Source: Rhodospirillaceae bacterium (GTDB lineage Bacteria; Pseudomonadota; Alphaproteobacteria; Rhodospirillales; Rhodospirillaceae). From it: a stretch of DNA of 64,000 bases. Each line of letters starts with the position of its first letter. The stretch's first letter is position 1. Below are positions 17,746-26,605 of the stretch, piece by piece. A program made the translations under genes and the position numbers. The stretch covers positions 6,501 to 70,500 of the forward strand of contig JAPKDQ010000009.1 of NCBI GenBank assembly GCA_028822445.1. Direction: 5' to 3'. A model generated the notes under the pieces. The model was not told the DNA's origin. It saw only the letters and a program-made list of their open reading frames with translations, and did not search any database.

Positions 17746-18903
17746 ATGGATTTCGACCTTCCCGAAGAAACCCGAATGCTGAAAGACACCATTCGTCGTT
17801 TTGTCGATACAGAACTCATGCCGCTTGAAACGTCGTTGCCGGACAGACCGAACTCGCACGAACTGCCGAAGGACGTGCTAGAGCCGCTGGAAAAGAAAAT
17901 CCGGGACCTTGGGCTTTGGGCAATGGATGCGCCAGAGGATGTCGGTGGCGCTGGGCTTGGCTTGCTCGATCATTGCATCGTCATGGAGGAGGCTTTTCGC
18001 TGTACTGCGGGTCGCGGCCTATGGTCTTCGCTGTTCTTCCCCGTGCTGTACAATCTCGGCTCAGACGAGCAGAAGGCAAAATATCTTATTCCATCTGTGC
18101 GTGGAGATTTTCATGGCGCGGCGGCATTCAGTGAACCCAATGCGGCGGGGGACCTTGCGGGTATTCAAACCTCGGCTGAAAAGGTCGATGGTGGCTGGAA
18201 GCTGAATGGCTCTAAGTGCTGGATTAGTCATGCCAAGACCGCACGCTATATTCTGGTGTTAACACGCCTCAAAGGAACCTCCCGACACGAGGGAATTACG
18301 TGGTTTATTGTTGATACCGATGCGGAGGGTTTCTCCGTCGGGCGCGAACAGAAAATGATTCACGGCCAATCAACCTATGAGCTGTTCTTTAATGACTGCG
18401 TGGTGCCTGAGAACCAGCTACTCGGGGAACCCGGTCAAGGTTGGAGTGCTAGTGAGACGGCACTGTATCGTGGCCGTGTCATGATTTCGGCGCGAGCGAT
18501 TGGTATCGCCCAACGGTGCTATGAAATGATGGTCGACTACGCCCAAGAACGCCATACGTTCGGAAAGCCCTTGTCGTCACGCCAGGCCATTCAATGGATG
18601 ATCGCGGATTCAGCGACAGACCTCCATGCCTCACGTCTGATGGTCTACGATGCTGCGTGGCGCGCTCAGCAGGGGCAGCAAGTGCGAACCCAAATGGCCA
18701 TGATTAAAGCGTTTACTTCTGAAATGGCGGGGCGTGTCGTTGATCGCGCCGTCCAAGTTCATGGCGCATCTGGCCTGTCCGACGAGACGATTCTGGAACG
18801 CTGTTATCGTGATGTGCGGCCTATGCGGACCTATGAAGGGTCTTCCGAAGCCATGCGCAGTGTTATCGCGAAGAACATTCTTCAAGAAGGACGCAATCGC
18901 TAA
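17746..18903 (+). CDS. Acyl-CoA dehydrogenase
   Basis: 385 aa. ACAD architecture with C-terminal TYEGSSEAMRSVIAKNIL. Starts 5 nt after the CoA-transferase stop. Confidence 0.9.
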   Translation: MDFDLPEETRMLKDTIRRFVDTELMPLETSLPDRPNSHELPKDVLEPLEKKIRDLGLWAMDAPEDVGGAGLGLLDHCIVMEEAFRCTAGRGLWSSLFFPVLYNLGSDEQKAKYLIPSVRGDFHGAAAFSEPNAAGDLAGIQTSAEKVDGGWKLNGSKCWISHAKTARYILVLTRLKGTSRHEGITWFIVDTDAEGFSVGREQKMIHGQSTYELFFNDCVVPENQLLGEPGQGWSASETALYRGRVMISARAIGIAQRCYEMMVDYAQERHTFGKPLSSRQAIQWMIADSATDLHASRLMVYDAAWRAQQGQQVRTQMAMIKAFTSEMAGRVVDRAVQVHGASGLSDETILERCYRDVRPMRTYEGSSEAMRSVIAKNILQEGRNR

Positions 18904-20426
18904 TAGGCGAGGCGGATGCCTTCGTATGCGATGCCGACCGGGCGAATTTTTACGTTTTTAATACGCTCCGCGTATCCGATGACGCTGCCGTATTCAATCA
19001 GGTTGATTGTCGGCGCTAACGTCTGCATGTCCGCCATAATCCCGCGAAGGATACGGGCTCTTTTTTCAGGGTCCATTTCCTGATTACTTGCGACGATCTG
19101 TTCCGAGACTGCATCATCGCAGAAGAATGGATTAGCTTTCAGGCACGAGAAGTCTTTTAGTGCGCGTCCTGTGTCGTTGTAGGGGGCATTATTCCAAAGG
19201 ATGGAGAAGCCGTCGACATTCCCCCAATCTCCGCTGAAGTATTTCCGTGTTCGTTCCGGATAGGTTGTCGTTCTCAGGTCTACGGTGATACCCACCTGGG
19301 ACAAGTCTTGAGCGACTTGTTGGTAAATCAGAGAATCCGATGGCCCCATGCCGACCAAGACTTCGATGACAAGCTCGATGCCATCAGCGTACCCAGCCTC
19401 GCTCAGCAATGCCTTTGCGCGCTCGACGTCATAGGTATAGGGCATGATGCTGGGGTTATGCCCCACGTTAGCTGGTGTCGCGCCTTGGGTGGCGAGTGGG
19501 AACATGCCGCCAAGAATGTAATCAACGATTGCCGTGCGATTGACTGCATAGTTGATAGCCTGTCTCACTCGTTGATCATTGAGCGGAGACTCGCCTTTCA
19601 ATGCATTGGGAAGACCAATAGCCATCACCTGATTGCCATAATGAACCTTAACGTTCATACCCTGGCTCTCAATGAGAGGCGCATCCTCCGGCGTCAACCC
19701 TAATGCCAGATCAATCTGACCCGCGATGAGAGATTGCGTCCGCGCGATTGAGTCTTTCAGAGTGAAAATGCGGAGCCTGGAAAAGTCTCCAGGGTCACGC
19801 CAGGAGTGCTTAAACGCGGCGAATGCGATGGCTCCGCCTTGGTTCCAAGAATCCAATACGAAGGGGCCTGTTCCTATCGGCGCTCGAGCGTATGCGTCAG
19901 GCCCAATCTCCGACCAAAGCTCAAAATCCACAATGCGCAGAAGGCTGAATCGTTTTGCCAGCATCGGATCCGGAAACTTCGTGATGACCTCAACCGTCTG
20001 TTCATCGATCGCCCGTGCAAATTCAATGGCTGACATTTCTGTCGCGATTGGATAGCCCGCGTTTTCGGGAAGAGTAAGAAAGTTGATGTTCGCTGCGACG
20101 TTTTCTGATGTTAATGAGGCGCCATTTTGAAACTGCACGCCTGGGCGTAATTTGAATTTCCACCGTCGGTCGCCATCATTTACCCAAGAAACGGCGAGTG
20201 CTGGTTTTAGGCTCCCGTCAGAATCAATTTGGGTGAGCCCGTCGTAGATTGACCCCAGAATGGAGCCAGGTGTTACGCCGATTGCAGCATATGGGTTGCC
20301 GAGGCTGGCAGGAAGCTCTGTGCCACCCACGTTTAGCGTCTCAGCTGATGTTGGGTCTGCACAGAGAAGAACCAAACTCAGCGCAAAACCGTTAGCGGTC
20401 GATGATAATCTCTTGGGAATGATCAA
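18900..20426 (-). CDS. ABC-type solute-binding protein, family 5 (peptide/opine/nickel type), orphan
   Basis: PIGTGPFVLDSW motif and SBP5 length. TTG at 20426 with AAGGG 7 nt upstream gives signal peptide MIIPKRLSSTANGFALSLVLLCADPTSAE. The longer track ORF (to 20546) overlaps the upstream gene. Confidence 0.85.
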   Translation of the reverse strand: MIIPKRLSSTANGFALSLVLLCADPTSAETLNVGGTELPASLGNPYAAIGVTPGSILGSIYDGLTQIDSDGSLKPALAVSWVNDGDRRWKFKLRPGVQFQNGASLTSENVAANINFLTLPENAGYPIATEMSAIEFARAIDEQTVEVITKFPDPMLAKRFSLLRIVDFELWSEIGPDAYARAPIGTGPFVLDSWNQGGAIAFAAFKHSWRDPGDFSRLRIFTLKDSIARTQSLIAGQIDLALGLTPEDAPLIESQGMNVKVHYGNQVMAIGLPNALKGESPLNDQRVRQAINYAVNRTAIVDYILGGMFPLATQGATPANVGHNPSIMPYTYDVERAKALLSEAGYADGIELVIEVLVGMGPSDSLIYQQVAQDLSQVGITVDLRTTTYPERTRKYFSGDWGNVDGFSILWNNAPYNDTGRALKDFSCLKANPFFCDDAVSEQIVASNQEMDPEKRARILRGIMADMQTLAPTINLIEYGSVIGYAERIKNVKIRPVGIAYEGIRLAY

Positions 20427-20437
20427 AGGTACTGCCC

Positions 20438-21391
20438 TTACTGTTCTAGATCGCGTGCCACTCGGAAGCCAAAGATGTGAGAAGCTAGGGTTTCTGGGTC
20501 GCGGCCGCGAAAAGCTGGGCGGTGACGTGAGATCATTGAGAACCAACTGCCCCCTTTAACACTGCGAAGGTCGCAGTGCCCAGTCACTTGGTTAGGCTCT
20601 TCGTTGATATCTTCTTCGTCATAGAGCCAAAGCGAGCAATCTTCATTCCATTCCCAGACATTGCCACCAAGGTCATGGAGGCCGAATCCATTCGCAGGGA
20701 AGGACCCAACAGGGGCAACGCGGCCAAAGCCGTCATCACAATTCACTGGCTCCCAAGACGAATGCTCTTTGGCGTAATCCGTCTGGGCTCCTGATAGGTC
20801 AAAAACGTTTCCAGTCTTGCAGGCTAGACCGGCGTCTTCACCCCAAGCCCAAGTCGACTGTGTGCCGTCGCGTGCGACGTATTCCCATTCGGCTTCCGAA
20901 AGAAGGCGATACCGTTCGCCAGTTCTGCCGCTGAGCCATGTCGTGAAAGCCTTGGCGTCATGCCAAGAGACGCAAACAACGGGTTCGTTCTCTGTCGGAG
21001 GTCTACCGTAGTCCGGATCCATCCAATTTCCGCCAAAGAAATCTACTTGGCCAAGCCACTTTGAACAGGCTGCTGAAGGTCTGTATCCGGTTGCGGCTAG
21101 AAACATACCAAATTGTGCATTCGTTACCTCTGTCTTGCCAGCCGCAAAGGCATGGCGAATTGTGCGTTTGTGCACTGGTGTCTCAGGCCGTGTTTCATTG
21201 AGCACAAACTCACCGCGCTCCGATCCCATGGTGAATTCCCCAGGTGGAACAACGACCATCTCAGGGCAGTGGTCACAATCCGTAAAGGTCTCTCCCGGCG
21301 TCATATCTGCAGCATTGGCGGATTGGGTAATACTTATTCCTGAAATGATGGCTAGCGTCGAAAAAAGGCGATGCAGCATATTAGGCTCCAA
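20438..21391 (-). CDS. Secreted formylglycine-generating-enzyme (SUMF1/FGE-sulfatase) family protein
   Basis: Signal peptide. CDHCPEMVVVPPGEFTMGS, NGFGLHDLGGNVWEW and SVKGGSWF motifs of the FGE-sulfatase domain. Confidence 0.85.
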   Translation of the reverse strand: MEPNMLHRLFSTLAIISGISITQSANAADMTPGETFTDCDHCPEMVVVPPGEFTMGSERGEFVLNETRPETPVHKRTIRHAFAAGKTEVTNAQFGMFLAATGYRPSAACSKWLGQVDFFGGNWMDPDYGRPPTENEPVVCVSWHDAKAFTTWLSGRTGERYRLLSEAEWEYVARDGTQSTWAWGEDAGLACKTGNVFDLSGAQTDYAKEHSSWEPVNCDDGFGRVAPVGSFPANGFGLHDLGGNVWEWNEDCSLWLYDEEDINEEPNQVTGHCDLRSVKGGSWFSMISRHRPAFRGRDPETLASHIFGFRVARDLEQ

Positions 21392-21550
21392 AATCTAAAA
21401 GGTGCTGAGATTACTGGCACTTGTCTCACGGTTCTAACGGCCAATCCGGAAAGATGACAGCTCTAATAGTGAGCTTATCTTACCCGCGATGTAGGCCGGT
21501 GAAGCGAGCCTGATTATGAGTTAGTTTGGTGTGCATTTTAGGAAAACACA

Positions 21551-22273
21551 ATGAAAAGAGTTCTCTGCATTATCGCATTGCTTACCGCTGGAATAAGCGC
21601 ATCACCCACAGTTTCTGCTGAAGGTGTTCTCATATTCGGCGCCACACGCAATACTGGCCTAGAGATCGCGAAGATACTCGTCGCCCGGGGTGAGCCGGTT
21701 ACGGCTTTTGTACGGCCGACGTCTAATCTTGAGAATCTAGCGCTGTTGGGCGTCACCTATTTTAAAGGTGACGCATTGAATGCCGACGACGTGGAGCGCG
21801 CTATACTGGCGAAGAATTACAAAGCCGTGATTTCAACCTTGGGCGGCGGACGCGGCGAGCGGCCACCCGACTTGGTCGGTGCGATCAACATGGTCGACGC
21901 CATGACAAAGTCGAAAACCAAGCGGTTCTTATTGGTGACGATCATTGGTCCGGGCAAGAGCATTAGTATGGTGCCGCGGCAACAGCGCGAGGCTATGGGG
22001 AGCATCATTAAACTCAAAGCCGAAGCTGAGAACTATGCCATCGCGAGTGATTTGGATTACACCATTATTAGGCCTGGTCAGCTCACCTCTAATCCGAGGT
22101 CAGGAATTATCCGTATGGATTTGGAACCGGCTCCGACCGGTCCTATCACGCGGGCTGACCTCGCGGATATGGTTGTCAGTGCGTTCTATGATGACGCGAC
22201 TATTCGCAAGGTTTATCAGACTATAGGTGATGATCCGTTGGCGACCGTCCGCATGGATCGCCAGCCGCAATAA
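21551..22273 (+). CDS. NAD(P)H-binding (NmrA/atypical SDR-like) protein with N-terminal signal/anchor
   Basis: Rossmann motif LIFGATRNTGLEIAKILVARGEPVTAFVR immediately after a hydrophobic leader MKRVLCIIALLTAGISASPTVSA. Confidence 0.75.
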   Translation: MKRVLCIIALLTAGISASPTVSAEGVLIFGATRNTGLEIAKILVARGEPVTAFVRPTSNLENLALLGVTYFKGDALNADDVERAILAKNYKAVISTLGGGRGERPPDLVGAINMVDAMTKSKTKRFLLVTIIGPGKSISMVPRQQREAMGSIIKLKAEAENYAIASDLDYTIIRPGQLTSNPRSGIIRMDLEPAPTGPITRADLADMVVSAFYDDATIRKVYQTIGDDPLATVRMDRQPQ

Positions 22274-22402
22274 ACCGGCTATTACGATCAAAATACATGT
22301 CAAGAAACGCTGCCCGCCCTGGGGAGGCGATTGTATGCCTAGAAGGCATTTGGTGGCTTAGCGGGTATAGATCATATAGGCCTATTAAAACCTTATTCAT
22401 GA

Positions 22403-23962
22403 ATGTTTGAGCGTTGTATGTCTGAACACGTTGGTTTGCGTCTGATCACAAAAGGTATGTTGATTGCGGCATTCGCATCGCTGCAGTTTTTCTTTGTTTG
22501 CGGCCAAGCCTTTGCCAATAGCACGATATTGCGCGTCGGTTTTCCGGTCGCGGCTGCAACGGGCGGCTATCCGTTCGGGCGCGACGATGGTGGCGGTCTT
22601 AGATTCTCATTTTATGACGGTTTAACTCGTTTTTCCCCAACGGGTGAGTTGCAATCGGCACTGGCCGATTCTTGGCAAAACGAGACGCCAACGACGTGGG
22701 TATTTCAGCTTAAAGAGGGCGTTGTGTTTAGCAATGGCGAACCGTTTGATGCGCACTCCGTCGTTGCCACCTTGACCGAACTCTACAACCCCGGTGTTCT
22801 ACATCCAAAGAAAGCCGATATGGGGGCAATCAGCGGGTACCGTGCGCGCGCGCGCTACACCGTTGAGATTGTGACATCTGAACCCGACCCTTTGGTCCCC
22901 AATCGCATGGCCCAGCTTCCTATGATCGAGCCGAAAGCCTGGGCCTCGATGGGCAAGGATGCATATGCCCGAACGCCGATTGGAACCGGGCCTTACACTG
23001 TTGAATCTTGGGGGCCGAATAACACCAAACCCGTTTTGGTCGTGGCGGAAACGTCTTGGCGCAAAGTGAAGCACATTACGCGGGTGGAAATGACCGTCAT
23101 TCCCGACCCTGGAACGCGTGTCGGCGGGCTTCTATCTGAAGAATTAGACATGGCGATTAGTTTGGCTAGCGATGATATAGCGATGCTGGAAGCCAACGAT
23201 ATAACTGTCCAGATGACAACGAATCCAAGCATCCTATCCATTGCATTCGTAACTGTACGCAATGATGAATCGCCGATTAAGAATGCGCGTGTCCGGCAGG
23301 CGCTAAACTATGCGGTCGACAAGCAATCCATTGCAGATTTTATTTTGGGTGGAACTAGTCGTGTCGCGCACCAGCCGTCCACGCCTGAACTCATAGGCTA
23401 CAATCCCGAAGCTGAGCCTTTTTATTACAATCCTGAGAAGGCGAAGCAGTTGCTTGCAGAGGCAGGTTACCCAGATGGGTTTCCGCTCAAGTTTTACGTA
23501 TATGGCGGTGTTCTGCCGGGCGATACGCTGATTTTCCAGAAGCTAGCACAAGACCTGGCAGCCATAGGCGTGAAGGTCGAATTACGACAGATATCATTTC
23601 CTGATTATGTCCGCCGGTTATTCAATGCGGACTGGGAAGGCATCGATGGCTTCTCAATGGGATGGTTGAACATGCAGCTCTGGGACCCACAGAAATCGTT
23701 CGAGCAGTTTTCTTGCATGTACTCTGCACCATTCTTTTGCGATGAAAGTATGATGACCCTCATAGACGGTGCCCGCACAGAAATGGACGCGGTCAAACGA
23801 GAATCTTTACTCAAGAACATTGTCTTGAGATTTAGGGATCAAGCACCCGCTTTATGGCTAGTGGAATTTGCTGGCGCCAATGGGCTGCAACCCAATTACA
23901 AAGTTGGTCTGTTTCGGCTTGATGGCAGCGTGTACGAGCAGATCGAATATATCGGAGACTAA
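22403..23962 (+). CDS. ABC-type solute-binding protein, family 5, orphan
   Basis: PIGTGPYTVESW motif and a signal-like N-terminus. Paralogous to 18900-20426 and 61089-62606, including the shared FSC....PFFC cysteine pair. Confidence 0.85.
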   Translation: MFERCMSEHVGLRLITKGMLIAAFASLQFFFVCGQAFANSTILRVGFPVAAATGGYPFGRDDGGGLRFSFYDGLTRFSPTGELQSALADSWQNETPTTWVFQLKEGVVFSNGEPFDAHSVVATLTELYNPGVLHPKKADMGAISGYRARARYTVEIVTSEPDPLVPNRMAQLPMIEPKAWASMGKDAYARTPIGTGPYTVESWGPNNTKPVLVVAETSWRKVKHITRVEMTVIPDPGTRVGGLLSEELDMAISLASDDIAMLEANDITVQMTTNPSILSIAFVTVRNDESPIKNARVRQALNYAVDKQSIADFILGGTSRVAHQPSTPELIGYNPEAEPFYYNPEKAKQLLAEAGYPDGFPLKFYVYGGVLPGDTLIFQKLAQDLAAIGVKVELRQISFPDYVRRLFNADWEGIDGFSMGWLNMQLWDPQKSFEQFSCMYSAPFFCDESMMTLIDGARTEMDAVKRESLLKNIVLRFRDQAPALWLVEFAGANGLQPNYKVGLFRLDGSVYEQIEYIGD

Positions 23963-24882
23963 CCCGCTTTCCTTGCCAACTTGCTGAACAGAGCGTCTTC
24001 ATTCACCGTATCCCGGCGTTGTGCCTTCCATGTGGTCGCAAAACCATTTGGATAGTTAGCGTCGCCGTCTCGTTTTCCGTCTTCGGACCACAACATGGGG
24101 AACAAGGCACCCGCTGGCGGGTTACCTTCGACCATTTCATCAAATGACACTCCGGCAATGTTAAGGCAGTCCGGGCGTGGGGCCCACCGAATGTCATCGC
24201 CAAAAATGCGAGCAGATATAGCGATGCGCCAGTCTTCACTGGTGTTGCCCGATGAGTAATGAAGCGTCCACGGGTGTAAGACCAACATGTCGCCCGGATC
24301 CATTTCCCAATTTAGAAAGTGCGCATCTGGGTCGGCACGCAGCTTCGCCTCATCGGGGTGAGGCGCCCTGTCATCGGGCTTGATCATCTTGCGGGCATTG
24401 GGTGAGAAAAGCCAATAGGGTACGTCTTGTGATTGAGACCCAGCTAGGACTTCTAAGGAGTTTTCCGGAGAGACTGTGTTCAAAGGAATCCACAGTGACG
24501 GGACCATGCGACCAGACACAGGCCAGCCCATGCGGTCGCAATGCCACAGCGTTTTAGACTCTGACCGCGGTGGTTTGGCAAAAATTTCTTCAAAGAAAAA
24601 GCGCGCCGTCTTCGATCCAATCACCTCAGCCGCTGCCTGTCCCATGGGTGAGTCGAAAATAAATCGACGAAATTCCGGAATAATCCGAGACATATATCTG
24701 CCGGGTGCGGATGGAAGTAGACCAATGTCTTCTTCGTCGACGGAAATTCGCAGCGCCGTAGGTTGCATACTTTTCATCCAGTCAGGATCAAAGACTTTGC
24801 GCAGGCATACAACGCCGTCGCGTGCATATGTTTCGCGGTCTTCATCGTTGATGGCGCGAAGAGGTTCAGCGTTAAAGCCCAT
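23959..24882 (-). CDS. Phytanoyl-CoA dioxygenase (PhyH) family Fe(II)/2-oxoglutarate oxygenase
   Basis: N-terminal F..DGVVCLRKVF, H-x-D (WHCDRM) and distal His (LHPWTLHYS), consistent with the PhyH facial triad. Confidence 0.8.
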   Translation of the reverse strand: MGFNAEPLRAINDEDRETYARDGVVCLRKVFDPDWMKSMQPTALRISVDEEDIGLLPSAPGRYMSRIIPEFRRFIFDSPMGQAAAEVIGSKTARFFFEEIFAKPPRSESKTLWHCDRMGWPVSGRMVPSLWIPLNTVSPENSLEVLAGSQSQDVPYWLFSPNARKMIKPDDRAPHPDEAKLRADPDAHFLNWEMDPGDMLVLHPWTLHYSSGNTSEDWRIAISARIFGDDIRWAPRPDCLNIAGVSFDEMVEGNPPAGALFPMLWSEDGKRDGDANYPNGFATTWKAQRRDTVNEDALFSKLARKAG

Positions 24883-24992
24883 AGAGTAGTCTTTCTTTTA
24901 GTATGGGTTTAATTTCAACCGAATAACGGCACGGTGCAAATAGAAAATTTGGCCAATGGCATGCATTATTTTCATGGCATGTTGATATGCAC

Positions 24993-26582
24993 CTAAAGCC
25001 CTAGTGCGCCAGGGTTTAAGAGATTATCCGGGTCGATTATTGACTTTACCCGTTTGACCAAATTGAGGGTCATTTCAGATCGATCTCGCGTGTAGGGATA
25101 GGCTTTACCAATCTGCAAATGTACACCGCTGTGATCGTGCATAATTGTCACCATCTCTTCAAACATCTCTTTCGCTAATAAGCGACCGCGCTCGTTGGGC
25201 GCGTTCTCACGCATGGGCGCCAATAATTTTTCGGGCGTGTTGCGTTCATGAAAAATATTCGGTTGATCCGGCCAATAGAGAACCGGCTCGTACAAAAAGC
25301 CGTTGGTGCTCAGTGTACCAAAGATGGAGGGGGTCGTCATTTTAAGCGCGTCCATTTCCGCTTTCCGTTTTTGAAAATAGGACTCTAGGGCAGTATGAAA
25401 TGCCACCACCTTCGAGAATGGCAAGATCGCATGGAGAGGTAACATGCGTTTCGCATCCATGCCGACGACGGGGTAGGGCATGAATGGTGTTGCACGCATC
25501 ACCGTGGGCATGGTGTTTGGAATATCACGGCCTAAACCGCCAACGGCATCACTGACGGTTTGTATGTGCCCTTTAAGCTCAGTTGGGTTGTCGGCCTCGA
25601 CGGCGCAGTGAACAAAGCACTCCGAGTTCGACGACCAGCGGCGTCCTGACAGAGCCATCTTTGCGACTTGAAGCAGGCCGCTCAAGACACCGCCAGACGC
25701 TGTGCCCACGTCGTACATGATTCTAAGGTCTTCCCACAGCCCTTTGCTCGCAATTGCACCCTCCATTGCACGTCGGGTGAACCCAAAGACTTCTGTGGCG
25801 CGGTTCGACGCTGCAATGGCCGCCAAAGCTTTATGGGTATCCTCAAAGGTGTCAAATCCAAACGACAGGCCTTGTGTGAACCTTGCCCTGCGTTGGAGGC
25901 GCAGTGTAATGGTTGCTTTAATGCCCAAGGCGCCCGCATCACCGCAGAATAAACCTGTTAAATCTGGTCCGTAGTTCCTGAAGAACGGCGATTTACCATT
26001 TTGCGCAGCAGAACCAGTTGCGAACACAGTGCCGTCCGCGGTGACAATCTCCATACCAAGAACAGCTTCAGCTGATATGCCATCTTTTGAAGACCCAAGG
26101 CTTGCCGCGCCCTGTGATATTCCGCCGCCAATAGTTGCTTTGAAGCCCGATAGCGGCCCCCAGAACTCAGCGCGCACGCCATGGGGCGCTAGGGCATTAT
26201 CCAAAGCCTCCCACGTGCACCCGGCCTGCACCGTTACGAACATATCTTCCGTGCTGATCTCCAAGACCTGGTTTAAGCCTGATGTGTCCAGAGACACGCC
26301 ATTGGGGCAGGTCGGCAGATAGGCGTCTGTGTAAGAATATCCACCGCCTCGTGGGAAGATGGCGATGCCTGCGGTCGTTAAAACCTTTACCGTCTTGGCA
26401 AGGTGTCTAATGGATGTCGGTCGGATAACCGCGGCTACGGTTGGTCCTGTCGCAAAGACGTCCTGCGAATGATAAGCGCATGTGACTGGGTCTGTAATGA
26501 CTGCACCGTCACCGATGGCCTGGCGCGTTACGGCCAGGGCTTTATCGATCACGTCACTATGAACAGGGGTAATGTTCGTCAC
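24993..26582 (-). CDS. FAD-binding oxidoreductase (PCMH / FAD_binding_4 type)
   Basis: PRGGGYSYT and TVQAGCTWEAL motifs. 529 aa. Paralogue of 51589-53034. Confidence 0.85.
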   Translation of the reverse strand: MTNITPVHSDVIDKALAVTRQAIGDGAVITDPVTCAYHSQDVFATGPTVAAVIRPTSIRHLAKTVKVLTTAGIAIFPRGGGYSYTDAYLPTCPNGVSLDTSGLNQVLEISTEDMFVTVQAGCTWEALDNALAPHGVRAEFWGPLSGFKATIGGGISQGAASLGSSKDGISAEAVLGMEIVTADGTVFATGSAAQNGKSPFFRNYGPDLTGLFCGDAGALGIKATITLRLQRRARFTQGLSFGFDTFEDTHKALAAIAASNRATEVFGFTRRAMEGAIASKGLWEDLRIMYDVGTASGGVLSGLLQVAKMALSGRRWSSNSECFVHCAVEADNPTELKGHIQTVSDAVGGLGRDIPNTMPTVMRATPFMPYPVVGMDAKRMLPLHAILPFSKVVAFHTALESYFQKRKAEMDALKMTTPSIFGTLSTNGFLYEPVLYWPDQPNIFHERNTPEKLLAPMRENAPNERGRLLAKEMFEEMVTIMHDHSGVHLQIGKAYPYTRDRSEMTLNLVKRVKSIIDPDNLLNPGALGL

Positions 26583-26605
26583 GAGCAGTTCCTACTCAGT
26601 ATCCA

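Noticed and set aside
20427-20546. N-terminal 40-codon extension of the SBP5 ORF in the track
   Set aside because: It overlaps the 3' end of the FGE-like gene and encodes a Pro/Ser/Arg-rich non-signal sequence. A TTG at 20426 with an AAGGG RBS yields a proper signal peptide.
22356-22392. Short palindromes (ATGCC-TAGAA-GGCAT, ATAGGCCTAT) upstream of the second SBP5 gene
   Set aside because: They are short enough to occur by chance in AT-rich intergenic DNA, and I found no second copy or associated regulator gene.
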